DNA of 13,683 bases from Gemmatimonadota bacterium (GCA_040905425.1 JBBDRO010000081.1:32022-45704), one strand, 5' to 3'; positions 1 to 7,464 are shown, numbered from the stretch's first letter. Translations and numbers: made by a program. The notes: generated by a model not told the origin, from the sequence alone.

Positions 1-90
1 CTCCGAAGCGGGCGCTGGCTCCGAGGCGGGCGCTGCCTCCGAGGCGAGCGCTGCCTCCGAGGCGAGCGCTGCCTCCGAGGCGGGCGCTGC
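1..90 (+). repeat. In-frame 18-bp tandem repeat, at least 5 copies, encoding SEA(G/S)A(A/G)
   Basis: Units at 1-18, 19-36, 37-54, 55-72, 73-90; consensus CTCCGAGGCG(G/A)GCGCTGC. May continue left of the window. Confidence 0.95.
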
Positions 91-172
91 CGCGGCGGGC
101 ATGCAGGAGAAGGCGCGGGAATTCAGGGAAGCGGGCGGGGAGATCTACGTGCCGGAGATCTCGAACTCCTGA
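1..172 (+). CDS. thiC: 3' end (partial) of probable phosphomethylpyrimidine synthase ThiC
   Basis: Frame from base 2 reads SEAGAGSEAGAASEASAASEASAASEAGAAAAGMQEKAREFREAGGEIYVPEISNS, stop TGA 170-172. GMxEKxxEFRxxGGEIY resembles the ThiC C-terminal signature (E. coli ...GMADMSENFRARGGEIY..., from memory). Only the tail is visible. Confidence 0.72.
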   Translation, partial: SEAGAGSEAGAASEASAASEASAASEAGAAAAGMQEKAREFREAGGEIYVPEISNS

Positions 173-309
173 GACCTAACATGCAAGGCGGTAGAAGTTA
201 GCCTTGCAGGCTATCCCTAACTTTGACCCTTTCCTCCGGGACGTCACAAGGCTTGCATCACAGTCTGGACGGGCAATCGGTGGCGTGGGTTGAGAATTCC
301 TCTCGGGCT

Positions 310-1716
310 CTATGGAGCGGCGGGGAGCGGCGTGGCCACCAGGACTGCCGTGACGGCCAGCACCGCCAGCGCGACCACCAGCTCGACGACCGCGGAACGC
401 CGCAGCCGCCCGGCTGCGGCTTCGCGCCCGAGCGTCGGTCGGACTTTCAGCCAGTTGTAGGCCCCGGTCCCGAACACCAGCGAGGCCACGCCGAGCTTGA
501 GCAGGAGCGTGCGTCCGTAGCCCGTGCTCCACAGCGCGGACACTTCTCCAAGATGCAGCCAGGCGGAGAACACGCCCGTCGCCACCACCACGCCGGCGAA
601 CACAAGCGCGGTAGGTGAAAACGCGTTGATCAGCGCGGCGGTCGCGGCTTCTGGCCTGGTGGGCTGCCGGAGTGCGACCGGGATACCGGCCGTAACGACC
701 ACCAGCAGTCCCCCCATCCAGCCGCCGGCTCCCAGCACGTGGAACCCGTCCGCCACGATGGCGAGCCAGCCCACGCCCTGCACACCCGCCGCGTGACCTG
801 ACAGGGCGGGTGTGAAGCCCAGGATGCTCGCGCCCACGGCGGCCAAGGTCCAGCCAGCGCGCCCGCGGCTGCCGGTAAGGGCGAGTCCGAAAGCCACCAC
901 CACGATCCCACCGGCCTGCAGCAACCAGCCCAGGCCCCACGTCGTGCCGGCCAGGAGCCACCCGACCCCCGCCGTGTCGAAGGTCTGCACGGGTCCATGC
1001 AGCGCGTACAGTTGGGCGCAGAGTCGGAGAACCAGCGCCACAACCAGCACAACCACCGCCCCGAGGCCGATACGGGCCGCCCGCGAGCTGGCCTTCGCGA
1101 GCAGGGCCGCACGGTTCGACAGGGAGCCGGACCGGTCCACGAGCGGCACCACGAACACCCGGAAGGCCACCACGCCGATCACCCCCAGCAGCCCCACGAA
1201 GGTGAGCCAGCGCACAACCACGTACAGCGGCGACTCGCTGTCGAATTCCGAGAGCGGCACGGCCACGTTCCCGGCGCCGGTGGCTGCCCGCTCCTCCGGC
1301 GCCGTGACCTCCCCCTGACTCGGTGCGGGAGCAAGGCCTGCCGCGTCCGGCCGGATGGTGAAGGTGTACTCGCCGCGTACCGGGTGACCATCCGGGCCGG
1401 CGACCTGCCAGCGGACGGTGTAGGTGCCGGCAACCAGGCGGCCACGCACGGGAGCCACGAGCACCTCGGCCACGCCCGATGCCCGTCGTAGCTCACCAAG
1501 GTCGACCGTCCCCCGGGGCCCGATAAGGGTAAGGTGCGCCAGGCCGAGCTGGACCGGATTGACGAAGGTGAGGCGGAGCTGATCCGGAGCCGCGGCCAGC
1601 GTGTCGCCGCTCGCCGGCATGGCACCCCTCAGCTCTTCATGCGCCGCCGCGCCCGCCGGCAGCGCCAGGAGGCCGAGGATCGATGCGAGCAGCAAGGCGG
1701 TTCGCAACGGGCTCAC
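310..1716 (-). CDS. Copper resistance/uptake CopC-CopD fusion protein (YcnJ-like), 468 aa
   Basis: GTG at 1716 overlaps the ATPase stop (GTGA). Signal peptide ...AGAAA|HEEL gives an N-terminal His; CopC motif YTVRWQVAGPDGHPVRGEYTF; Pro/Ala linker; multi-TM CopD domain with ALSGHAAG, DGFHVLGAGGWMGGL, FSPTA, YGRTLLLK. The ORF-track start at 1872 lies inside the ATPase gene. Confidence 0.9.
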   Translation of the reverse strand: MSPLRTALLLASILGLLALPAGAAAHEELRGAMPASGDTLAAAPDQLRLTFVNPVQLGLAHLTLIGPRGTVDLGELRRASGVAEVLVAPVRGRLVAGTYTVRWQVAGPDGHPVRGEYTFTIRPDAAGLAPAPSQGEVTAPEERAATGAGNVAVPLSEFDSESPLYVVVRWLTFVGLLGVIGVVAFRVFVVPLVDRSGSLSNRAALLAKASSRAARIGLGAVVVLVVALVLRLCAQLYALHGPVQTFDTAGVGWLLAGTTWGLGWLLQAGGIVVVAFGLALTGSRGRAGWTLAAVGASILGFTPALSGHAAGVQGVGWLAIVADGFHVLGAGGWMGGLLVVVTAGIPVALRQPTRPEAATAALINAFSPTALVFAGVVVATGVFSAWLHLGEVSALWSTGYGRTLLLKLGVASLVFGTGAYNWLKVRPTLGREAAAGRLRRSAVVELVVALAVLAVTAVLVATPLPAAP

Positions 1717-3740
1717 AGCTCGACCCGCTTCAGAAGCTGGGCGTTGAAGGCAACGATCACCGTGCTGGCCGACATGAGCACGGCGCCCACGGCCGGCGTG
1801 AGCAGGATCCCCCAGCCGGCCAGGACACCCGCCGCCAACGGAATCGCGAGAATGTTGTAGCCCGCGGCCCACCAGAGGTTCTGCACCATCTTCCGGTAGG
1901 TGGCGCTGGAGAGTGAGATGATGCGCGGGATGTCGCGGGGGTCAGACCGGACCAGGACGATGTGGCCCGCCTCCACGGCCACGTCGGTGCCCGCGCCGAT
2001 GGCGATCCCGATGTCGGCGGTAGCCAGGGCGGGGGCGTCATTGACGCCGTCGCCCACCATGGCCACCCGCTTCCCCTGCTGCTGAAGCTCACGCACCTTC
2101 GACGCCTTGTCCTCGGGCAGCACCTGCGCGAAGACGGTGTCGATGCCCAGCTCCTCGGCCACCGCGTCGGCCACCGCCTGCGCGTCGCCGGTGAGCATGG
2201 CTACCTCAACGCCACGTTCGTGCAGGGCGTCGATGGCCTGCCTGCTCTCCTCCCGGATGGCGTCGGCCACGGCGAAGACCGCCAGCGCCTCACCATTGCG
2301 GAGCAGGTAGATGGCCGCCTGACCCCGCTCCGCCGCGCGGTCGGCCGCCTCACGCACGGCCTGCGGTACCGATGCGTCCTCCGCCTCCAGCAGCGCCGGG
2401 CCGCCCATGTGGTACTCGGCGCCGTCCACGCTCGCGGCCACGCCCTTTCCCGTGATCGCACGGAACCCGTCCGCGCCCGGAATCTCGAGCTCCCGATCCT
2501 CCGCCGTCTTCACGATTCCGCGGGCGATGGGGTGCTCCGACTCCGTCTCCACCCCGGCGGCGATCCGCAGCGCCTCCTCTTCGGACAGGTCCCCGGCCAC
2601 GGCCAGGTCCACCACCCGGAACTCCCCGAGGGTGAGCGTGCCGGTCTTGTCGAATACCACGACATCCAGGTTCCGCGCTTCCTCGAGGCCGCGCCGGTCC
2701 CGCACCAGCAGCCCGTTCTGAGCGCCCAGGGTGGTGGAGATGGCCACCACCAGCGGGACCGCCAGACCCAGCGCGTGGGGGCAGGCAATCACCAGCACCG
2801 TGACCGTGCGAATGATGGAGAAGTCGATGGGTGCGCCGATGAGCTGCCAGACCACCAGTGTGATGAGCGCCGCGGATACGGCCACGCCGGTCAACATCTG
2901 GGCTGCGCGGTCCGCCAGGTGCTGGGCGCGGGACTTCGACTGCTGGGCGTCGGAGACGAGGCGCATGATCCCGGACAGCGCCGTCTCGTCCCCCGTTCCC
3001 GTCACCTCCAGCCGCAGCGACCCCTCGCCGTTGATGGTGCCGGCGATCACCTCGTCGCCCGCGCCCTTCTTCACCGGTCGCGACTCGCCGGTGATCATGG
3101 CCTCGTTCAGGGCGCTCTCGCCCTTTCGCACCACGCCGTCCACGGGAACGCTCTCGCCAGGGCGGACCAGCACCAGGTCGCCCCGGCTCAGCTCGCCCAC
3201 GGGCACCTCCTCCTCCTCCCCGTCTTCGCCGATCCGGCGCGCCGTGTCGGGGAGCAGCTTTGCCAGCTCCTGCAGTGCCCCCTGGGCCTGGTTGATCGAG
3301 CGCATCTCGATCCAGTGGCCCAGTAGCATGATGGTCACCAGCGTCGCCAGCTCCCACCAGAGCGGCTCCGCCTCCAGCAGCCCCAGCTCGACCACCCAGG
3401 AGAAGACGAACGCCACCACGATGGCCAGCGAGATGAGCGTCATCATGCCGGGCAGCTTTGCCCGGAGCTCGCCCATGGCGCCCCGGATGAAGACCCAGCC
3501 GCCGTAGAAGAAGATCACCGTGGAGAGGACGGGGCCGATCCAGTCCGCGCCGGGAAACGACGGGGCCGTGTAGCCGAGCAGCATCTGGACGTGCTCGGCC
3601 CAGAAGACCACCGGGACCGTCAGGATCAGCGACAGCCAGAACTTGCTCCGGAACATGCCCACGCTATGCCCGGCATGGGCGTCATGGTCACCGTGGTCCT
3701 GGTGGCCGTGATCGCGACCAGTGTGGCGATGTTCACTCAT
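1713..3740 (-). CDS. copB: Heavy-metal-translocating P1B-3 type ATPase (CopB-like copper exporter), 675 aa
   Basis: His-rich N-terminus (HRH...DHGHQDHGDHDAHAGH), TGES, transmembrane CPH (IACPHALGL), DKTGTLT, SEHPIA, GDGVNDAP, GYN and MSAST metal-site motifs typical of P1B-3 ATPases. Confidence 0.95.
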   Translation of the reverse strand: MSEHRHTGRDHGHQDHGDHDAHAGHSVGMFRSKFWLSLILTVPVVFWAEHVQMLLGYTAPSFPGADWIGPVLSTVIFFYGGWVFIRGAMGELRAKLPGMMTLISLAIVVAFVFSWVVELGLLEAEPLWWELATLVTIMLLGHWIEMRSINQAQGALQELAKLLPDTARRIGEDGEEEEVPVGELSRGDLVLVRPGESVPVDGVVRKGESALNEAMITGESRPVKKGAGDEVIAGTINGEGSLRLEVTGTGDETALSGIMRLVSDAQQSKSRAQHLADRAAQMLTGVAVSAALITLVVWQLIGAPIDFSIIRTVTVLVIACPHALGLAVPLVVAISTTLGAQNGLLVRDRRGLEEARNLDVVVFDKTGTLTLGEFRVVDLAVAGDLSEEEALRIAAGVETESEHPIARGIVKTAEDRELEIPGADGFRAITGKGVAASVDGAEYHMGGPALLEAEDASVPQAVREAADRAAERGQAAIYLLRNGEALAVFAVADAIREESRQAIDALHERGVEVAMLTGDAQAVADAVAEELGIDTVFAQVLPEDKASKVRELQQQGKRVAMVGDGVNDAPALATADIGIAIGAGTDVAVEAGHIVLVRSDPRDIPRIISLSSATYRKMVQNLWWAAGYNILAIPLAAGVLAGWGILLTPAVGAVLMSASTVIVAFNAQLLKRVEL

Positions 3741-3781
3741 TGGCTTGAGCCTCTATGGATGGGCAGCGTCCCGCTCGCGCT

Positions 3782-3943
3782 TCAGGCTCCTGAGTCTTCA
3801 TCCAACGGACACTTCCCGCAACCGAACCCCAATTGTTTCTTCCAGCAACCTCCGCCGCTGCAGCCCGCCTGCCGCTCCCGCTTGATGAACGGGAAGAGCA
3901 GGAAGAGGGCAATGAGGACGATGATTCCGATGACAGTCGTCAT
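3782..3943 (-). CDS. Small single-TM Cys-rich membrane protein, 53 aa, resembling FeoB-associated Cys-rich peptides
   Basis: Hand translation: MTTVIGIIVLIALFLLFPFIKRERQAGCSGGGCWKKQLGFGCGKCPLDEDSGA*. ATG lies 2 nt after the SHOCT gene stop; fills the operon gap; TM helix, basic patch, C-x4-C and C-x2-C. Absent from the ORF track. Confidence 0.8.
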   Translation of the reverse strand: MTTVIGIIVLIALFLLFPFIKRERQAGCSGGGCWKKQLGFGCGKCPLDEDSGA

Positions 3944-3945
3944 GA

Positions 3946-4230
3946 TCAGGAACGCGAAGAGCGAAGTGCCTGCATAGCATCCGCGAACTCGGCTTCATCG
4001 ATCTCTCCACGGGCAAAGCGCTCCCGGAGCACTTCCTCGGCCGCCAGGATGTCATGCGTCCGGCGCCGACCCTCCTTCCGCTCGGCCGCCAGCCGCCAGA
4101 ACGCCCAGAGCACCACGGCCGCGGCACCGAGCCAGAAGAGCCACCACGCCCAGTGCATCCCCATGTGTAGCCCCTGACGGTGCCAGGGCCCGCTCTGCTG
4201 CAGCATAAGGTTCATGTATGTTGTCAGCAT
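3946..4230 (-). CDS. SHOCT domain-containing membrane protein, 94 aa
   Basis: GGAGG 6 nt before ATG; His/Met segment HMGMH, Trp-rich TM helix, C-terminal AEEVLRERFARGEIDEAEF SHOCT motif. Confidence 0.9.
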   Translation of the reverse strand: MLTTYMNLMLQQSGPWHRQGLHMGMHWAWWLFWLGAAAVVLWAFWRLAAERKEGRRRTHDILAAEEVLRERFARGEIDEAEFADAMQALRSSRS

Positions 4231-4241
4231 GCTCGCCTCCG

Positions 4242-4583
4242 TTACGCGAGAGCCATGACGCCTTCGTCGCCGGTCCGGACCTGCAGCACCCGCTCGAGAT
4301 CAGTGACAACGATGATCCCGTCACCCGGATGGCCGGTCCTGGCCGCGGCCGACAGAGCGGAGAGAATTCCGTCCACGGACTCGTCCCTGCAAACGACCTC
4401 CACCTTCGATTTCTCCGTGTAGGTCGCCCCTTCCTCGAACGAGACGCGATAGTCTTCCGGATCGACTCCCGCCCCGAGCGAGTGGACATGGCAGATCAGG
4501 ATCCGTACGGCCCCTATCTCCTCGATGGCCTTCACCACCGCCTGGACCCGCTCCGTTCTCACGATCGCCTTGATTTCCTTCAT
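4242..4583 (-). CDS. PII-family (GlnB-like) signal protein, non-canonical, heavy-metal-operon type, 113 aa
   Basis: MKEIKAIVR...KSKVEVV...ARTGHPGDGII...RVLQVRTG aligns without gaps to GlnB, but several effector-binding residues and Tyr51 are substituted. Confidence 0.9.
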   Translation of the reverse strand: MKEIKAIVRTERVQAVVKAIEEIGAVRILICHVHSLGAGVDPEDYRVSFEEGATYTEKSKVEVVCRDESVDGILSALSAAARTGHPGDGIIVVTDLERVLQVRTGDEGVMALA

Positions 4584-4642
4584 GGCCTGCTCGCTGGTTG
4601 CGGGAGCGTCCTGTGCCCGTGCTGCAATGTGGCAGGCCGGCC

Positions 4643-4680
4643 ATGAATCGGGAGTGAACTCCGCATGAAGGCGGATTCAT
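4643..4680 (-). promoter_or_regulatory. Putative OmpR/PhoB-family (CopR-like) response-regulator binding site
   Basis: Plus strand ATGAA (4643), GTGAA (4654), ATGAA (4665) at exact 11-bp spacing, i.e. TTCAT-N6-TTCAC-N6-TTCAT toward the copper operon; an inverted TTCAT at 4676-4680. Confidence 0.5.
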
Positions 4681-4875
4681 CTCCGGAAGCGGCTGCATCG
4701 CATCGATGTGCGGATGCACGTCATCCCTACCGCACCGCTCCCAGCGCACTCCCGCGTTGAACGCGCGCCCCTCCAGCAGCGCCTACACATCGTGGACGCC
4801 GTCGCGAATGTAATGCCTGAGCGAACGGTCCTGGAATTGCACCCGCCGCGCGCCACACACGCACATAGGAGAAGC

Positions 4876-6231
4876 ATGCCAACATACATGAAGCACGCGG
4901 CGCTCCCGGGCGCCTTCATCCTGGCCCTGGCCACCACGCCCGCGGCCGGGCAGCACGAACAGCACGGCGCCATGGCCGGGCAGGAAGCCGACGCCATGGC
5001 CCACACCATGTGGTCCACGGAACTCGGCGCCGGATGGCGCCTGCTCGGCATGGCGCAGGCCTTTCCCATCGTCACCTTCGGGGCGCCGGGCCAGAAGGAG
5101 GGCAGCGCGCTGCGGGAGACGGCGTTCTACCTCACACAGCCGGCCACGATGTTCAACGTCGAGAGCCCGGACTCGCGCCTCTCGCTCCGCACCACCCTCA
5201 ACTTTGAGGGTCTCACGCTGGAGAACGGCGAGCTGACGTTCGGCGGCTGGGGTGAGGGCTTCATCGACAAGCGCCACCCCCACACCCTGCTGCACGAGCT
5301 CATGCTCAGCGTGAATCTCTGGAACGTGGCGGGTGGCCAGGCCTCGATCTCGGGAGGGAAGGGTTTCGCGCCCTACGGCACGGATGACCCCATGGCCCGC
5401 CCCGGCCTGAAATACCCCACCAACCACCATCTCTCCCAGCTGCTGGAACGCTGGACGCTGAACGGCGTCTTCCTGCACAGTGGCTGGAGCGTGGAAGCGG
5501 GTCTCTTCGGCGGCACGGAGCCGGAAGGACCCTACGACCTCAGCAACATCGAAAGCTTCGGAGACAGCTGGTCGGCGCGCGTGGCGCGGCGGTGGGGCGC
5601 CGGCCACGGCCCCGGCGCTGCGTGGGAGGCCACCGCCAGCTACGCCTCGGTCACCGAGGAGCACCACGACGAGGAGGTCACGACGGAGCTCTGGAACGTG
5701 GCGCTGCGGCACGCCTCCGCGTACGCCTTCGGTGACCTCTACACGCTGGCCGAATATTCCCGCGGTCTGGGCGAGCATGACGAGGATTACTTCAGCGCAC
5801 TGGGCGAGGCGCAGCTCCTGCTGGGTCGCCATCAGCCCTACCTGCGCGTGGAACACGCCACCCGGCCCGAGTACCCGCGGGACGGGACGCCGGGCAGCGC
5901 CGATTTCTTTCGCTACGACCACGACGAGGAGGCCATCGGTGCCACGCGCTGGACCATCCTCAATCTGGGGTACAACTACCTGGCCACGCGCGGTGCGGTG
6001 AGTATCCGCCCCTTCGTCAATACGCAGTTCCACGCCGTCAGCAGGGAGCGCGGCCCCGCCACGCTCGAGCCGGACGCCCTCTTCGACGCGGACCGCTTCT
6101 GGAGCGTGTCGCTGGGCGCGCGCGTCTTCCTGGGCGGTGACCCCATGCGCATGGGGTCCTACGGCATCCTCGACGCCATGACCTCGATGAGCCGCATGAT
6201 GGAGGACAACGCCGGCATGCAGCACAACTGA
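4876..6231 (+). CDS. Putative outer-membrane beta-barrel protein with His/Met-rich termini, likely metal related, 451 aa
   Basis: AGGAG at 4867-4871 before ATG 4876; signal peptide ...ALATTPAAG|QHEQHGAM; motifs DKRHPHTLLHELM, PTNHHLSQ, FGGTEPE; alternating aromatic strands; Met-rich tail. Confidence 0.75.
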   Translation: MPTYMKHAALPGAFILALATTPAAGQHEQHGAMAGQEADAMAHTMWSTELGAGWRLLGMAQAFPIVTFGAPGQKEGSALRETAFYLTQPATMFNVESPDSRLSLRTTLNFEGLTLENGELTFGGWGEGFIDKRHPHTLLHELMLSVNLWNVAGGQASISGGKGFAPYGTDDPMARPGLKYPTNHHLSQLLERWTLNGVFLHSGWSVEAGLFGGTEPEGPYDLSNIESFGDSWSARVARRWGAGHGPGAAWEATASYASVTEEHHDEEVTTELWNVALRHASAYAFGDLYTLAEYSRGLGEHDEDYFSALGEAQLLLGRHQPYLRVEHATRPEYPRDGTPGSADFFRYDHDEEAIGATRWTILNLGYNYLATRGAVSIRPFVNTQFHAVSRERGPATLEPDALFDADRFWSVSLGARVFLGGDPMRMGSYGILDAMTSMSRMMEDNAGMQHN

Positions 6232-6234
6232 CCC

Positions 6235-7143
6235 GTGATAAGCCGCGTTCCTGAAGCCGGCTTCGCCGCGCTCGTTGAACTGCTACGCGGCCGCCGGATC
6301 GTGGTCCTGGCGGGCGCGGGGTGCAGTACGGAGTCGGGCATTCCCGACTACCGCGGGCCCGCGGGGAGCCTGCGCCGCCGTGCGCCCATCCAGTACCAGG
6401 AGTTCGTACGCAGCTTGGAGGGACGGCAGCGCTACTGGGCACGCAGCGCCGTCGGCTGGCCGCGCTTCACCGCGGCCCGGCCCAACGCCGCACACCGGGC
6501 ACTGGCGCAGCTCGAGGCGGTGGGCGCGTTGCGCGGCGTCATCACGCAGAACGTGGACGGGCTGCACCACGCCGCCGGCAGCCGCCGGGTGGTCGAGTTG
6601 CACGGCTCGCTGGCGTGGGTGCGCTGCCTGGAGTGCGGCAGCCGGGTGCGGCGGGCCGCCCTGCAGCAGCGGCTCCTGGCCATGAACGTGGGGTGGACGG
6701 AGCGGCTGCGGAGCGCCGCGGACGCGGTGCGGATCGAAAGCGCTCCGGATGGTGATGCCGAACTGCCGCCCGCCGCGCTCACGAGCTTCCGCGTGCCCGA
6801 CTGCGCGGACTGCCGCGGCCTGCTGAAGCCGGACGTGGTGTTCTTCGGGGAAAACGTCCCCCGGGAACGGGTGGACGAGGCGTGGCGGCTCTTCCACGAG
6901 GCCGATGTACTGCTGGTAGTGGGCTCCTCGCTGGCCGTCTACTCGGGCCGCCGTTTCGTCTACATGGCGCGGGACACGGGGCTCCCCGTGGCGGTGGTCA
7001 ACCTGGGGCCCACGCGCGCGGATGAGATGGCCGCCGTCAAGGTGGAGGGGTCGGTAGGCGTGCTTCTGCCCCGCCTCGCGGAGGAACTCGGTGCACCCCA
7101 CACCGCCACCCTGCCCGCGCCCCGGCCATTTTCAAAAATGTGA
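6235..7143 (+). CDS. cobB: NAD-dependent protein deacylase, Sir2 family class II (SIRT4-like), 302 aa
   Basis: GAGCSTESGIPDYRG, RQRYWARS, ITQNVDGLH, VELHG, Zn ligands CLEC/CADC, APDGD, LKPDVVFFGE, VGSSL, NLGPTRAD. Confidence 0.95.
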   Translation: MISRVPEAGFAALVELLRGRRIVVLAGAGCSTESGIPDYRGPAGSLRRRAPIQYQEFVRSLEGRQRYWARSAVGWPRFTAARPNAAHRALAQLEAVGALRGVITQNVDGLHHAAGSRRVVELHGSLAWVRCLECGSRVRRAALQQRLLAMNVGWTERLRSAADAVRIESAPDGDAELPPAALTSFRVPDCADCRGLLKPDVVFFGENVPRERVDEAWRLFHEADVLLVVGSSLAVYSGRRFVYMARDTGLPVAVVNLGPTRADEMAAVKVEGSVGVLLPRLAEELGAPHTATLPAPRPFSKM

Positions 7144-7214
7144 GGTGCGCAGGCCGGGAGCGGGCGAGTGCACGCCGCTCGGAGCTTTCGGACAGTCCGT
7201 CGCGTGGTTGAGCC

Positions 7215-7236
7215 AAAATATTCTATAGAATATTTT
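7215..7236. promoter_or_regulatory. Perfect 22-bp AT-rich palindrome, probable operator of an unknown dimeric regulator
   Basis: AAAATATTCTATAGAATATTTT is its own reverse complement; 20 of 22 bases are A/T in a GC-rich context. The palindrome is certain, the function is inferred. Confidence 0.55.
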
Positions 7237-7362
7237 CGCGGCAGATCGGGCCGGACCGTGGTTCTGTGCCGAGCGTTCCAGCTCCTACCTCCCGGCGCTC
7301 CATCTCCCCACGAGGCGGCGGCCATGGAAGCGGGGACCGACTCTTGTGGCGGCCGAACCTGC

Positions 7363-7391
7363 TTGACGCCGCGCCACGCGAGCCTTATGCT
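7363..7391 (+). promoter_or_regulatory. Sigma70-type promoter for the SAM-II leader / sulfur operon
   Basis: TTGACG (7363-7368), 17-bp spacer, TATGCT (7386-7391); predicted start near 7398, just upstream of the aptamer. Confidence 0.8.
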
Positions 7392-7404
7392 GGCGGTTCG
7401 ACAA

Positions 7405-7458
7405 TCCGTCGTGGTGATTTGCCGCCGCTTGCCGCCACGTAAAACAAGGTGCTAAAAC
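7405..7458 (+). ncRNA. SAM-II (SAM_alpha-type) riboswitch aptamer
   Basis: CGTGGTGATTTG-CCGCCG-CTTGC-CGCCACG-TAAAA-CAAG-GT-GCTAAAA follows the alphaproteobacterial SAM-II pattern (CGUGGUGAUUUG...GCUUGCAGCCACGUUAAACAAGUCGCUAAA). P1 is 7410-7415/7434-7439; pseudoknot CTTG 7428-7431 / CAAG 7445-7448; precedes sulfur genes. Confidence 0.85.
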
Positions 7459-7464
7459 GCGACT

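Noticed and set aside
1..90. CRISPR-like repeat array
   Set aside because: Units are contiguous with no spacers and lie in frame in a CDS.
175..190. Similarity to 16S rRNA CCTAACACATGCAAG
   Set aside because: Short gapped match; the flanks do not resemble rRNA.
174..203. Integron attC-like ends (ACCTAAC ... GTTAGCC)
   Set aside because: Only about 30 bp end to end, too short for attC; no L boxes or integrase.
1962..3507. Long antisense and alternate-frame ORFs over the ATPase (likewise 4783-6225 and 11788-12951)
   Set aside because: Shadow ORFs expected from high-GC codon bias; no recognisable motifs and full overlap with well-supported genes.
4694..4718. Imperfect hairpin TGCATCGCA...TGCGGATGCA as a metal riboswitch
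   Set aside because: No NiCo or yybP-ykoY consensus recognisable; a single imperfect stem in GC-rich DNA.
7168..7455. 95-aa ORF in the sirtuin to ATP-grasp intergenic region
   Set aside because: No recognisable motif; overlaps the palindrome, promoter and riboswitch.
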